A stretch of DNA of 32,339 nucleotides, taken from contig JALAGF010002099.1 in assembly GCA_030167865.1 (NCBI GenBank), positions 1 through 32,339 on the forward strand, written 5' to 3'. The translations under genes and the position numbers were made by a program. The first letter of the stretch is position 1; every line of letters starts with the position of its first letter. This DNA comes from Craspedostauros australis. Its lineage: Eukaryota. The notes under the pieces were generated by a model, which was not told the origin of the DNA, did no database searches, and saw nothing but the letters and a program-made list of their open reading frames with translations. This document shows, one piece after another, positions 1 through 11,900 of this stretch.

Positions 1-194
1 ACATGCTAACGTGTAATTAACGCGTACCAAACGACTGACACCTTCGGAAGCAAGTCCGTGACTGATCACCTCACGATAAATACACGAGAACATGATAGAA
101 CCTTCTGCCAACAACAACGAGTTTTGTGCTGTTGGACCAACGTGACTGCTATACATACATAGATCACTCCATAAAACTTAAAATAAGGATCTAA

Positions 195-233
195 NNNNNN
201 NNNNNNNNNNNNNNNNNNNNNNNNNNNNNNNNN
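195..233. other. Assembly gap (39 N)
   Basis: Run of n characters in the sequence. Confidence 0.99.
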
Positions 234-730
234 GGGATTACGTATATGTGCTTGGTTTGGATATCGCAGATGAAAAGTTAGAATGTCCATTTCAAAGTGT
301 TGGTCGACTCACTCGGGTGGCTCATAGGTACATCGTTGCCAGTTGCCGATCATTTTGTTTCCTTGTTGTGCGCAACCGGCTCGTGCTTCGGCGCTACGCC
401 ACAGATGTCGGTGTCGAAGGGAAGAAGAATAGGGTGGAGATCGAACTCCACGAGTCCTACCAGACTTTCGTTGAGCAACAGTGCCACTTTCCATACGTAT
501 AATACTTGTCATGCGATCGCAAATTGTGTGGAGTATTGGTGGCTGGTGTGTCGCATGGCACGATTATGTTGGAGCACCTAGATTAGTTAAGGTAACAGGG
601 TATTATGGATCTTGTATTGTTCGTTGCGCGATTGGCGCGTGTTCTGGATGACGATGACAGGCGGAATGGTGGAGGTGCGGCGCGCAATGGATGGCAATCG
701 GACTAATCCAGTCGATGGGAAGTAGAGCGT

Positions 731-2431
731 TTACAGGGAAGGCCGTCTATTGGCGCGGAAGGGCAGCGCCTTGGAGGATGCCCCGCCACTTCTGAACCTG
801 CTGGCCGATGGCAACCGCAGCGAGAAACGGAACTTCTGCTTCGATGCATTGGCGTCGCCTTGTGCGTTGTTGGCGGACGGCTTGCTTCGATTCTTGGCGT
901 GATACGATAGATCGAGGGTGTTCTTGAAGCTGTTGTAGAGATGCCTTGGCGTGGTCGCGGACAGGGTGCGTTTGGGTGGACCGACGGACTTGTCTGCGAG
1001 GTTCTTGGGCTTGTTCCGGGTGCGAGTCGGAGTGGAAGACGCGGGCGCGGATGTCGGTTGCGACGGGTCGATGCTCGCTGTTGTCGTGCTGCTGGTGGCG
1101 ATGGTGCTGGAGCTGCTGTGGGCGGAGGAGTCGTTCTTGAGCGTCGCGTCGTGCTCGTCCTCGCTGCCTTGAGCTTGGCGGCCGACGGTGAGCGACTGCG
1201 TGTTGAACTCCTGCTCTGATGTGAAGCAGTCGAGGTGATGGCATGACGATGGCGGCACGTACTCGACGTCCTCGGCCTCCATGAGGAAGGAGTTCCTGCG
1301 CTGGGCCTTCCTGCGCGTGGGCGTGCCGGCGTTGCGTTCGTCATCGTCGCTGCCCTCCTGCTGCTGGTCCTGCGATCGGCTGTCGTCCATTCGGAACTGC
1401 GTCACGATGCGTTCGTCCTGCTTGCCGCGCTGGTAGCCTTCGAGCTGCGATGCGATGCTGAAGCCCTTGTAGACGTGCGCGATCTCCTCCGGGTGCTCGA
1501 TGCCCAGCGAGATCTGCCACTGGCGATCCTGCTCGGTGAGCACGGCGTGGATGCTGCCGCTGACGACGGAGTGGTACTGATCGCGGGCCATGGAGTTGAC
1601 GCGGTGCTCGAGGCCCCTGTAGCACAGATCCTGCTCTTCCGGCAGCCCCTGCCGCATCTGGTTCAGCGTCAGGCGGATCCACGAGTTCATGCGCTGGTAG
1701 TCATCCTTCAGGAACCACACGTCCTCGAAGTCCCTCATGCTCATGTCGGACCGCGAAGGGACGTCGTGGTAAGTGGTGCCGTTGATGTCAAAGCGCACCA
1801 TCCTGCCGCTGACGCTCTGCATGCTGATCCTCTTGGGCTTTTCGGGGTACGGTTGCGGTTGCGATTGCGGTTGCGGTTGCGATTGCATGGTGTCGAGTAC
1901 TTCTATGTGGGTCATGGTGTTCGCTACTGTCGGTACTGCTGTTGGTACTGCTGTTGTGGTCAGGTTGTGCAGGGATGTGTTGTTTGGTTGATTGATTTGT
2001 GGAATGTGGCGGGTGTCCGAAGTTGGTGGGTTGAGGTCTGTGGGAATGGAGGGTGGGTTCTGGTCGTGGCTCGGTATTGGTGGTAACGATGGTGGTGATG
2101 CTGTCGTCGTGTTTGTGCTGTCGTGGTGTTGGTGTTGGTGTTGGTGTTGGTGTTGGTGAAAGCGAGATCGTTGTTTTTTGGCGGTGGTGGCACAAACGTG
2201 TGCAAACTCGTGCAGCGGTGGCTGATTATCGCACCCTTGGCGCTGTGCTTGGTGATGCTTTTGCCTCCCATGACCACTGTGTCGTTGTGCTTTTGCGCGT
2301 TTGTCGGGATCAGGACCGACGCGAACGCTCCTCCGCAAGCCAATGTCATCCCGGGCCGTTGTGTTTTCGTCGGTGTTGGGCCTTGTTTTTCGGTCGTGTT
2401 GCGCTTTTGATCGTGGTTTCTTGGTGCGCAT
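731..2431 (-). CDS. Hypothetical protein with one RVxF-WY-RGLE-VLxEQ domain (family member A)
   Basis: Lies within the long ORF 731..2632. First in-frame ATG is at 2431; an alternative start is at 1915. Domain at ~1403..1807 reads RMVRF...VWFLKDDYQRM...CYRGLEH...AVLTEQDRQ...RGKQDE, flanked by low-complexity segments. Start is uncertain. Confidence 0.8.
   Translation of the reverse strand: MRTKKPRSKAQHDRKTRPNTDENTTARDDIGLRRSVRVGPDPDKRAKAQRHSGHGRQKHHQAQRQGCDNQPPLHEFAHVCATTAKKQRSRFHQHQHQHQHQHHDSTNTTTASPPSLPPIPSHDQNPPSIPTDLNPPTSDTRHIPQINQPNNTSLHNLTTTAVPTAVPTVANTMTHIEVLDTMQSQPQPQSQPQPYPEKPKRISMQSVSGRMVRFDINGTTYHDVPSRSDMSMRDFEDVWFLKDDYQRMNSWIRLTLNQMRQGLPEEQDLCYRGLEHRVNSMARDQYHSVVSGSIHAVLTEQDRQWQISLGIEHPEEIAHVYKGFSIASQLEGYQRGKQDERIVTQFRMDDSRSQDQQQEGSDDDERNAGTPTRRKAQRRNSFLMEAEDVEYVPPSSCHHLDCFTSEQEFNTQSLTVGRQAQGSEDEHDATLKNDSSAHSSSSTIATSSTTTASIDPSQPTSAPASSTPTRTRNKPKNLADKSVGPPKRTLSATTPRHLYNSFKNTLDLSYHAKNRSKPSANNAQGDANASKQKFRFSLRLPSASRFRSGGASSKALPFRANRRPSL
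2124..2158. repeat. (TGGTGT)n microsatellite, encodes an HQ repeat on the minus strand
   Basis: About 6 tandem hexamers seen directly. Confidence 0.9.
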
Positions 2432-3937
2432 GGTTCCTGTCGTGCTCGATGGACGAACGCGCCGACTGTCCAAGGCCGCAGAATCTGCATAGATTCGAGA
2501 AGACAAGGCGAGGTCCACGTGTGCCTGGGTGACATAAACGAGGGGGCGATGTGTGGCAAAGAAAGGAATTGGACACCTCGCGAGCGTTCCACGACACGCA
2601 ACCGAATGACTTCGTTGATCCTTCCGCAACAAGTGGACGCTTGTTCCGGCAAAAGCGAAGACATGTGAATGGAAACGGAAACTGAATTGGGGGTGCGAAG
2701 CTGGAGAGACAAAGAACAGAAATTGGCATCATAGCGACGCCATAACTGTCGCGGGGGGCGCAAAGGTCAGCACTTGTGGAGCAGCGAGGATGTTGTTGTC
2801 CATGATGGCTTGTTTGTTGCGGTGGCCCTGGGCGTATGACAGGTGTCGGGGTGGTTGGTACCTCGTTCATGCGAGAGGCCACGATGTGCCCGGAGAGGTT
2901 TACATTCATGCACGCAGATCTGTCGATGCGTCTTTATACCTCCACCCATCACCGGCGATTGTTTCTGTTCATGGTTGGCTCTCCTACAATCAGGCATCTC
3001 GCTTCCTCGTTCCGCATTGCTCCCATCACAAAGGTTGCCTTCTTGCAAGACACCCCTGCATACCACCAGAATTCTTGTTCTCTGATAGATTGGTTGTCTC
3101 ACGAGTACGAGTAGAGTATTTGGGTGTCTCGTGATCCTATGTGCATTGCCATCTCGCGAGAGCCGTGGCTGACCGGAAGCAAGAAGACAAGAGTGCGCCG
3201 ACCACGAAAACGGGGATCACCGGACGTTCCGATCCCTCTTCTCGCAATGACATGTGCGCCAAGATGGGGGAGGAGTCGTTTTGGTTTCGTTTCGTTGTTG
3301 GTGCGCAAAACAACCGCATACGCCGTACGAATGCATCCGCGGTTTCTGTCTGTCGCCCTTTTCTGCGGATGTTTTCGTTCCGCTTTGTCATTCGTGCCCA
3401 GCAAGCCCAACATTATTGCCACTCCCAACAGCCCACCAACAATGAGCGGCACAATTGCGGAAACAGCCCGCGACTGCGACGATGGCACCCACAATGAGGG
3501 TGACAAACTCCTCTCCATCACTCGAGCTGATCGTAGAGACACGGTCATAAATATCATGCCACGACATTTGTACCAGCGAATAAAGCCAAAGACTCACCCA
3601 ACATATATGCTTTTCGATCCCACAAAGGCGGACATCACACTTCGTGACATCCTTGTGGTCACCAGTCCGTGTTTGTTCTGTGTTGATACTGATATCCTCC
3701 GTTCCGTTGTTCGGAACAATTCAATGTCCATCGAGGACACTTCTTCGAGTACTTCATATCAGGTACTATATATGTGTGGTACTATATTTTAGTTTTTGCG
3801 TACGATACTACTGTCTGAAAGGATGCTAACCTCTTTAGCATAGAGGCTGGTCTCTCGTCTCTCCACCTTGCTTGCGTTGCTCCTGATGTAGCGTTCACCC
3901 TATCGCAGTTCCGTCGCCGTCCATGGCGCCCCATCCT

Positions 3938-4573
3938 TCATCCATACAGCTGCCTGTATGCGTACCGCGCCGTCCACTGCGTCAACGTCACGACGTAACA
4001 TTCTTGCGCCAGCGTTGCCACATCGTCTTGATCGTAGACAAATGCGACGACGCATCGTACCGCCACGAATGCAAGGCAGGCCTGCCAAAATGGCCTGTCT
4101 TGCGATCGCCCACTCGATGGAATCAGCCAGCAGCAGGCCAGGACGGAAATGCGCTGCACCAGCGTATCCAACGTGGTGGGCACGACGGGGATGGGCTGGA
4201 AGAAGCCGCCGTTGGCAGCGAATGCGGGGTCGTTGACGACGTCGAGCAGGCCCAGGAGTTCGCACGCGATCAAGATGCCGAAGAGGTCGGCTGCCAGCAG
4301 TGGCTTGTTGAGGAATGTATTGGCGGTGTCGTCATCGCCATCGTCGCTGTCGTTGTTCTTGTTCGCTGCGGCAACGGTGGATATTCTGTATCTTGGTGGA
4401 TGGCGCGCAACGAAGGATGATGGCAGCGGTTGTGCGGTTGAGCGACGCAATGTCCTTGCTGTTGTTGGCACGAAGGCAAGAGTCATTGGAACGGCCAGCA
4501 TTGCAAGTGAGAGTACCATGATGGCCCAAATCACGATGGTTGACGCAGTGCGTTGCATTGTGAGTCTTGTCAT
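3938..4573 (-). CDS. Putative plastid-targeted multi-pass membrane protein of unknown function
   Basis: 211-aa ORF. A hydrophobic signal peptide ends in TLA-FVP (ASAFAP-like) and is followed by an R/S/T-rich transit-like region, an acidic linker and 3-4 hydrophobic segments. Confidence 0.75.
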   Translation of the reverse strand: MTRLTMQRTASTIVIWAIMVLSLAMLAVPMTLAFVPTTARTLRRSTAQPLPSSFVARHPPRYRISTVAAANKNNDSDDGDDDTANTFLNKPLLAADLFGILIACELLGLLDVVNDPAFAANGGFFQPIPVVPTTLDTLVQRISVLACCWLIPSSGRSQDRPFWQACLAFVAVRCVVAFVYDQDDVATLAQECYVVTLTQWTARYAYRQLYG

Positions 4574-4957
4574 AGTCGGGTTGAGTGCATCGCAGAGAGG
4601 TGGGATTTTGCGTCAGTATCTTGTCACACTCGTGAAGTACCTACTTGCGGTGTGTTTGGTTGTCGCCAAGTTTGATGCCGAAGATCCATCAGGAGTTTGC
4701 GCCATGCAACAACCAATGGAGGGCACAGTTCTGTGATGACAAGACAGAACTCTACAAGCCACGAGCTACTCTACCACACAACAACAAGCTCTCCCCACGA
4801 GTAGAGAAACATCTGCCATACTGGTATTACACAACACAGTAACAGAGATATTAGAGTATACCTGTTGCACCCTGCGTATGTGACGAAGGCAGCCTTTCTC
4901 TCTACTGTATTATGCTCGCGCATGCTGCAACACCACATTGCATTGGCGTTGCCGTGT

Positions 4958-6460
4958 TCACACCGATTGGCACTCCAGCATCAAAATCTCCAGCGTGGAT
5001 CGAAAGTCGCAGGCCTCCTTCGCTTCCTTGAATTTGAAGAGGTACGTGGCGGTGCTGGTATCCTCCATGATGGTGGTGACGGTGATGTGCTTGTCGCTGA
5101 TGGACTGCACGTTGCTCTCCTTCCACAGCCGGAAATTGACGATGACTTTGGTGCCGCCGCCGTTGGGCGTGGACTCGCGTCGTTGCACGAGGCGCACGCC
5201 TTTCTGATTTCTGTCGTCGTCGTTGGTGGCAGATACGGGCGAGGAAAGGCTCCCGGTCTTTTGCAGGACGCGTAGCGGGCCAATGCCTAGCTCCTTCCAA
5301 GTGCCATCCGTCGTCACCTGTTGCTTTTGCGGCTGTTGTTCATCCGTTTTGGCGTTGTCTTGTTGCTGCTGGTCTTGCGCTTCTGCTTCGTCCTCTTGCT
5401 GCTTGGCTTGTTCCTTTTTGGGATCTGATGGCTGCGTCTCCGCGTCGGGCTTGTCGCCCTGCGCTTTGGCGGTGGTGAAGGCGGCGGATGGTGCGACCGA
5501 TGGATGCGCAGCGGCAGCCGACGTGCTGGACGCATCGTTGGTGGTGGCAGGCGCGTTGTCGCTGGTCTGGCCATCGGAGTTGGCCTTCGCTGCAGACGCG
5601 TCGACGGCGTCACCGGCCTTGATCCAGATGTAGGACTTGCAACGCACGTTCATCAGCTGGATCTCATCCTCCTCGCCCGTCTTGAGGTCGACATCCGTGG
5701 GCAGATCCACGAGGGGTTTCTTGTTGTGATTGGCAGCGGATCCGCCTGCTTCAGCGTCGCCCGAACCGGCGGCATCCGACGCGGATTTCCCGAACGCGAA
5801 GGAGAACTTGCTGGTGCCGCCCGATGTTCCGAAGAGAGAAGCGGAGGTGGTGGACGTAATTGCGGCCGCTGGTGCAGGTGCTGCTGCGGCTTCTGCAGCA
5901 GCCTCATCGCCGCCTGCGTCTGCCGATTTGGACTCCGAATCCCCAGCGTCCTTCTTGGTGGCACCGAAGGAGGAAAGGAAGCCGCCGCTGGACGATCCGT
6001 TGCCGTTGCTGCTCCCGAAGCCTCCTCCGCTGCTGCTGGCGCTGCCGAATCCACCGGAAGACGACGCGGCCGCCGCGAAGCCGGAGAACCCTGTGGAGGC
6101 ACCAAAGATGGCAGGTTTGGCCTTTTTCGCTTCTGGCTCATCCGGACTGCTCGCGGATCCCTTGGCCTCGCCTCCCGCCTTCAGCACGGTCGACGCGAAC
6201 GGGTTGCTGCTGCTGTTACTGCTAGTGGCACCACCATCGCTGGTCGCAGGCGCAGCAGATGGCGGTTTCGCCGGCGCCGCAGGACGCTTGGCGGTGATGA
6301 TGCGACGCTTCGCCATCACCTCCGTCGACGCCTTTTGGAACGCTCCCTCGGTCACATGTGCACCATCGTCGCCGCATTCGCTTTCCAAGTCCGATCGACC
6401 CAGCTGGCTGTCCGCACCGCGCTTCTTGCGGCTGTCGCTGCCGTCGTTGCTTTCCGCCAT
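4958..6460 (-). CDS. NUP50: Nucleoporin Nup50/Nup2-like (N-terminal NUP50 motif, FG repeats, C-terminal Ran-binding domain)
   Basis: N-terminal KKRGADSQL...FQKASTEVMAKRRI; central NPF/FG/FSF repeats; RanBD motifs LKTGEEDE, WKELGIGPLRVL and RLVQRRE...KVIVN. Confidence 0.88.
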   Translation of the reverse strand: MAESNDGSDSRKKRGADSQLGRSDLESECGDDGAHVTEGAFQKASTEVMAKRRIITAKRPAAPAKPPSAAPATSDGGATSSNSSSNPFASTVLKAGGEAKGSASSPDEPEAKKAKPAIFGASTGFSGFAAAASSSGGFGSASSSGGGFGSSNGNGSSSGGFLSSFGATKKDAGDSESKSADAGGDEAAAEAAAAPAPAAAITSTTSASLFGTSGGTSKFSFAFGKSASDAAGSGDAEAGGSAANHNKKPLVDLPTDVDLKTGEEDEIQLMNVRCKSYIWIKAGDAVDASAAKANSDGQTSDNAPATTNDASSTSAAAAHPSVAPSAAFTTAKAQGDKPDAETQPSDPKKEQAKQQEDEAEAQDQQQQDNAKTDEQQPQKQQVTTDGTWKELGIGPLRVLQKTGSLSSPVSATNDDDRNQKGVRLVQRRESTPNGGGTKVIVNFRLWKESNVQSISDKHITVTTIMEDTSTATYLFKFKEAKEACDFRSTLEILMLECQSV

Positions 6461-7073
6461 CTCTCTCGTTGTGCTTCTTGCTGTTGTGGCTGTTGCGGTT
6501 GTTGTGGGTGATTCGCACTCCGATATCTTGCTCTCTCGTCTTCTTCAGATAGCTTGCGACGACACGCGATCGGTGGATCGAAGCATGCAACCAAACGAAC
6601 GATGGGATCTCAATTGAACACAATGCCCTCCAGACTTCGCGTCGTCTGGCAGAATGGCAACAGGAGTGCGGCAGTCACACCAAGACGATGACTGTCCCGT
6701 TTCTGGTGGCGAAGTTTGAGTTTCAAATTTTCAAGTTTCTTGCTACCGCTGGTGTCACCAAGAAATCGCCAGATCGCAGCAGAACAACGCGTATGCGGTC
6801 AGACATTTAGCTGTCTTCGCAAACCTTGATGGACTGAGTGGACCACATTTGCGGTTTCTGAACCGTTACATTAACGGATTGAAACCAATCTTCACAAACG
6901 CGTTCAAAACAACCACAACAGCGCATGTGTGTGTCCAGAACATCACAATTACAAACGCTCCGGTACCCGACAAGTGAAAGGTGGCAACGTGTCGCGCTCT
7001 GGCATTGATCACCGTGCCTCTTTCTCTTCCATTCATTCATGCATGCATGCATTCATTCATTCGAATCGGCACA

Positions 7074-8698
7074 ATGCTCAACGGCGACAGGAGCAACATT
7101 AGAGGAACTGACTCCACGACGAGTCGATATCCGAGGACAGATCTCACCTTCCTCTTCGCCGTCGCATGCTGCGTCATCAATGTGGCGTTCCTGGATTTCT
7201 CGAGCATTGCACCAGTCCAAACCGGCTCCAACGTGCCCATGGAGAATCAGGCGCAGCTCAATGCCGAGGACGAGGCGGAATACAAGGCGGGCGATTCTTC
7301 AATACCTGCCGCAAACCAATCGACGCGGTCCACGTTTGATGGCAAGTTTCATGACGCCTTTCATGGCACGTCGGATGCATACCAGCCGACGAGGATAGCG
7401 CTGTTGGCGTCCTTCGTTCCGCAGCCGAAGTCAGATGGCAGCATGACGCGAGTCACCATGTTCGATCACATCATCAACAAGGCATGCTATGCCTACTTGT
7501 GGCAATACGACTTCATCTTCAACGCCACGGCCTCCTTCACCGACGCAGAAAAGGAAACGTCACCGTGGCTCAACTCCGCGTCCTGGAACCGCGTGCCGCA
7601 TCTGCAGGCCGTCCTCCCAGACTACGAGTGGGTGCTCTACGGTCACATCGATTACATCATCCACGACATGTCGCGTCCCGTGGAATCCTTCCTGCGAGAA
7701 TTCGAGCTCTACAACCAGACGCCCAGCATCTTCGTGCCCAGCGACGGGCCTCATTTTCATTTTCCTAGCTACGCCATCTTCCTCAAGAACTCGCGCTTCG
7801 GCAACACAGTGCTGCAGAATTGGATGACCTTCGCGCATGGCCTCTGCAAGCATGGCAATATGCCGCTGCGGCATCATGAGAATGGGGAAATCAAGTACGA
7901 TGGGCCTTCCAGCGGTGAGTGCGCTGCTGTCATTGCCATTGTCATTGTTGTTGGCGTATTGCTGGCGTTGATGTTGGCATTGTTGTTGGTGGGACCGAGA
8001 TAAGGATGATGGAAGTGGAGATCGTGACTTTCGTGTCAAGCTGTTGCGCTTCAGATGATTCGTTCATTCTTGACAAAGTACTTACTAAGTACACGCTCGA
8101 CGATGATGCAACGTGCTTGATCTTCATCACGCTGTTCCAATGCCTCGTTATGCTATGCGCATGTTGCACAATCCAAATGACAACGAATACGATATGGCAC
8201 GACGTGATACGACATTGCGCGGCATCACACTCCTCAGACCAACCGGGATTGTACTACGCTCTCATGCAAACGTACGAAGACGTCTACAAAACCGGGAAAA
8301 TGAAGCAGCTCTGCAATACTAGCTCCGGTTACATGAGAACTACCATGGATTCCGCTGGAGAGATGGATGAGTACTTCAAGGAGGTTCATCTGATTCATGG
8401 TCATCACAGGGAGCCGCTGTCCGACATGAAAGAGCAACCCATCATTTGGTCCACACCCACGCGCAAGGAAGCATCGCACGATCGGGGTGGCCTTGGATTG
8501 CAAGCCAAGTACGGACCAGGCGCGGAGGAAAACCTCAAAATCCATGCCTTCGCGCTCCACGAAAAGAATAACATGGGCTCTGATTGCAAGCGGGAGGTGG
8601 AGTACTGCAAAAGAGTGCACGGTTGCTACGCCAGGTATGACAGCGACGGCAAGTTCGAAGTTGGCTGCAAAGACAGGGAGTTCACTGTCGCGCAATGA
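7074..8698 (+). CDS. Type II membrane glycosyltransferase-like protein (GT34 / GMA12-MNN10-like), two exons: 7074..7914 and 8238..8698
   Basis: N-terminal TM (LTFLFAVACCVINVAFL). Motifs INKACYAYLWQYDF, SWNRVPHLQAVLPDYEWVLY and IFLKNSRFG. Splicing restores SDQPGLYYAL in frame. Confidence 0.72.
7915..8237 (+). other. Spliceosomal intron (323 bp, phase 1)
   Basis: GTGAGT donor at 7915 and CTCAG acceptor ending at 8237. It joins two long ORFs in frame (G+AC = Asp of the DQ motif). Confidence 0.8.
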
Positions 8699-8952
8699 TC
8701 ACATCAGATCCGTGCGACCACTACAGAGTGTACACGTGTGCATAGTAGTAGATGCAGTTGCGTTGGGGCGCTGCATCGAGTTTGTGAATCTTGCATACGT
8801 ACTCGTACGTCTATCACAGCATCACAAGTCGCAGCACGGTGAAGCGCACAAATATTTAGTAATAGAATAGAGCAGTAATACTAGCATAGCATTATCTGGA
8901 ATTACTGGTGGATTTTTGACGAGAAGACGAAACGGTGCGCATTCCTCCCACA

Positions 8953-11900
8953 TCAGCTCTCGACCGTCACCTCCAATTGGAAAGGAAACCCGAGGCTCTG
9001 CACGACCACGAAGTAAGTCTTCGATTCTTCCGCCAACCACGTGCTTTCAGAGTGCGTGCCGCAGAGGGTTTTGTTCGCTGACCGCGTGCAACCAAGCCTG
9101 GCACAATCCACTCCGAGTCCTGCAGGTGTATCAGCTTGTTCAGATTCGAACACGGTCACTCTGCTTGGATACGGACTATCCGTCCCACAAGTACTGGCAT
9201 GCACCCGCGTGCCGTTCCCTTCCACCCTGTACCAAGCTGCAGACGCATCGTGAAAAACTCCGGTGTAGGCACATGATCGATGAGGCCTGGCTCCTTCGGT
9301 TGTGCCGCTGATCGTCATGCTTGAATTGGTGCCCGGTGATGATGGCGTCGGTAATTCAATACGAGTCGCACGGTGGCAAATGTCATTCCAAAGACCGATG
9401 CGTAGATCCAACGTCCCATAGTCATCCTGCAACGACTGCCCAGACACACGGATGAAGTACAATTCGTCCTTCGTCGATTCCAATTTCACCGTGCTCCCTC
9501 TCGTCACCGCAACGTCGTTGAAATCAGAATTATCGCTCAACATCATATCCTCGCACGTCCCTTCGAATGCTGCCACGTCGTCGCAAGATAAACCATCACA
9601 TTCATCCCCAGTGAAGAGCGATATCTGCGTCGGATACTGCGTGATGATGGAACACGTCGATACGATCATGTCGTATCCATGCCCCACGACCGAGAACCAC
9701 AAATCACGCCCATCGGCTGTTGCATTGGAGCAACTTGGGTAGTCGATGCTGTGAGTGTCGCTCGTGCCGGTGACGAAGAGGCTGCGGGTGGCACTTCTCG
9801 TGCTCATGGTCCGTGGATTGCTGTCCAACGGGAGAGGCCCGATCGCGGATTCGCACCGATCGTTGACCGCTGTTGGCTCCACCGTCAAAGCAAACGCTGG
9901 CGTGGTCTGAGCTTTCGTGTTGACCACGACGCTCGGGGGTCCTGAAGGCCCTCCGCCCGGAGGAAGGAAGGGAGGACTCGTAACCCCTTGTCGTGGAAAA
10001 GGCACCAGTCTGCCGCTCGATGGCATGTCCAGTTCCATGCCCCCTTCTTCCAGTTGCACCAGTACAAAGTACTGCTTGTCCATCTCGGTCGCCCACGTCA
10101 CCGCCATGTGCCCATCGCAAGGCAACGCCGAAATTGCCGCTTCTGGCACGCATTGCAGAGTCCCGCTGTCGCAGGAGGAACCCATCGTGCCACCACCATC
10201 GATTCCACCGTTGCCGTCGCCGATGTCGTCTTCGGTCAAGATATGGATGGTGGTTGTGGAATTGAACGATCCCGGATTGCACGTAGAAGCAGTCATGCGC
10301 TGTCCAGTCCCAACAAATTTGTACCAAAATGGAAACAACGAAGTATCAGCGCGCACAGCGTCTGGGACCATGCCATCACTGTCGTGCAGACATGCAATAT
10401 CTGGCAATTCGGCAACAACTCCAGCTGACGCGCCCACATCGGGCACCCCAATGATCGAGGTTCCATCTGTCGGGATCTTCTCGGCTGTTTGGCATGGTTG
10501 CTGTTCTGGAAGATCGATCTCATGCAATGATACGTTGAGCGAAACACTGAGGCCGCCCGTTCCTCTATCCACCGGCATGTGGACTGTCGCATTGACCGAA
10601 AGCAGCGACGGGTATCGACGAGTATGAATGATGAACGTTCATCATTCGCAGAAGGAAACGATGATATGGATAACAATGGCATGATGTTTGGATGAGAAAT
10701 GAGTGCATGTACTCGGAGAGTGAAGGCAGGTACTGGCAAAGAGGCAACCACAGTTGTCGGTGTGGATCCTCTAGCAGATACACACACACGAGAGAGAGAG
10801 CCCTACCAAATCGAATGCTGACACCGTCGAACTCTTTGACATGGCTGACCATGCTCCTTCACTCATCCATAAATGCAGACATGCGCATACGCTCGTCGAT
10901 AGAGAGCCACACAGGCATACGAGTAGCAATGACTCACCAATCACCTTGTACTCCACCCCTTCATCCGCGAACCATTCCAGCACGCTGCAACCGGGCTTGG
11001 TCGGATCGGCCAGTTCTGGATTTGAATAATTGACTTGCGGCGAGAAATTCTCGTTCGCGTCGATGCACCTTAAATCGGAGCACGGTCCCGTTGCAACGGT
11101 AATCCGAGCATCTTGCAATGATCTATCGTTGCAGGTGGATGCGCGAAGAATCTTGCCGGTGCCCGTGGTGTTGAACCACGTTCCACGGTACTCGAATGCG
11201 AGCGAGCCTCTGGTATCAATGACGACGTCGCTGCCGCATGCAGCGATGGGATCCACCTCATCCACAAGGCTCAGATATGTTGTACGCTGCGCGGTTCCGA
11301 CCGGTAGACCGAGTGGGACCTCGCAACGAGAAGCAAGCGGTCTTGGTAGGAATGTATTTATCATCGTTTGGACTTTCACGGTAAAGTCGCCGGTGCTGTC
11401 CCCAAATCCATGCACCAACACGTAGAATTGCTTGGAAGATGATGTGTCAAGGATCGCGTAGTCGGAACCGCTCGTGACGCAACGCAGACGGCCACAGTCG
11501 TTGCCTTCGAATGTGGAGATGCGCGGCAAGAAATCTTGAGTGATCGGTTGCACCGAAACTCCCGACAGGTCGCCAACCAATTCCGTTGGCACGAGGATTT
11601 TGTACCACACCCCCGGAGACGTCGCTGTCCCATCACATGTGCCTGCCTCGAAGGGAACGATGGGACCGCCTTTTGTCGAGCCGAAGAGACGTGCTGCACG
11701 GCGTGGAACTGTTGGGGCCAAGTCGGTGGCAGCCTCGCACCGTAGATTGTCATCAAGCAATGACATGTCCAACGCAAAGATTCCGCTGGAGGATCGGAAG
11801 CCGTGGACGTAGATATAGTACGACGCATCTTGTTCAATGACGAAGGTTGCGCGGCTCTGGTCATCGCAGTCGCCATCGCCGCCCTGGTCGTTTCCTGCGA

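Noticed and set aside
248-581. Short ORFs next to the assembly gap
   Set aside because: No recognisable motifs, short, and the context is broken by Ns.
3099-3792. Overlapping ORFs 3124..3792 (+) and 3099..3557 (-, one hydrophobic stretch, possible GTGAGT donor nearby)
   Set aside because: No family motifs and no unambiguous gene model; needs RNA-seq.
5504-6617. Long plus-strand ORFs opposite Nup50, and similar antisense ORFs over other genes
   Set aside because: These are shadow ORFs expected from GC-rich codon usage; the opposite strand holds the recognisable protein.
7028-7062. (ATTC)n(ATGC)3(ATTC)n partly palindromic tract
   Set aside because: Explained as a compound tetranucleotide microsatellite.
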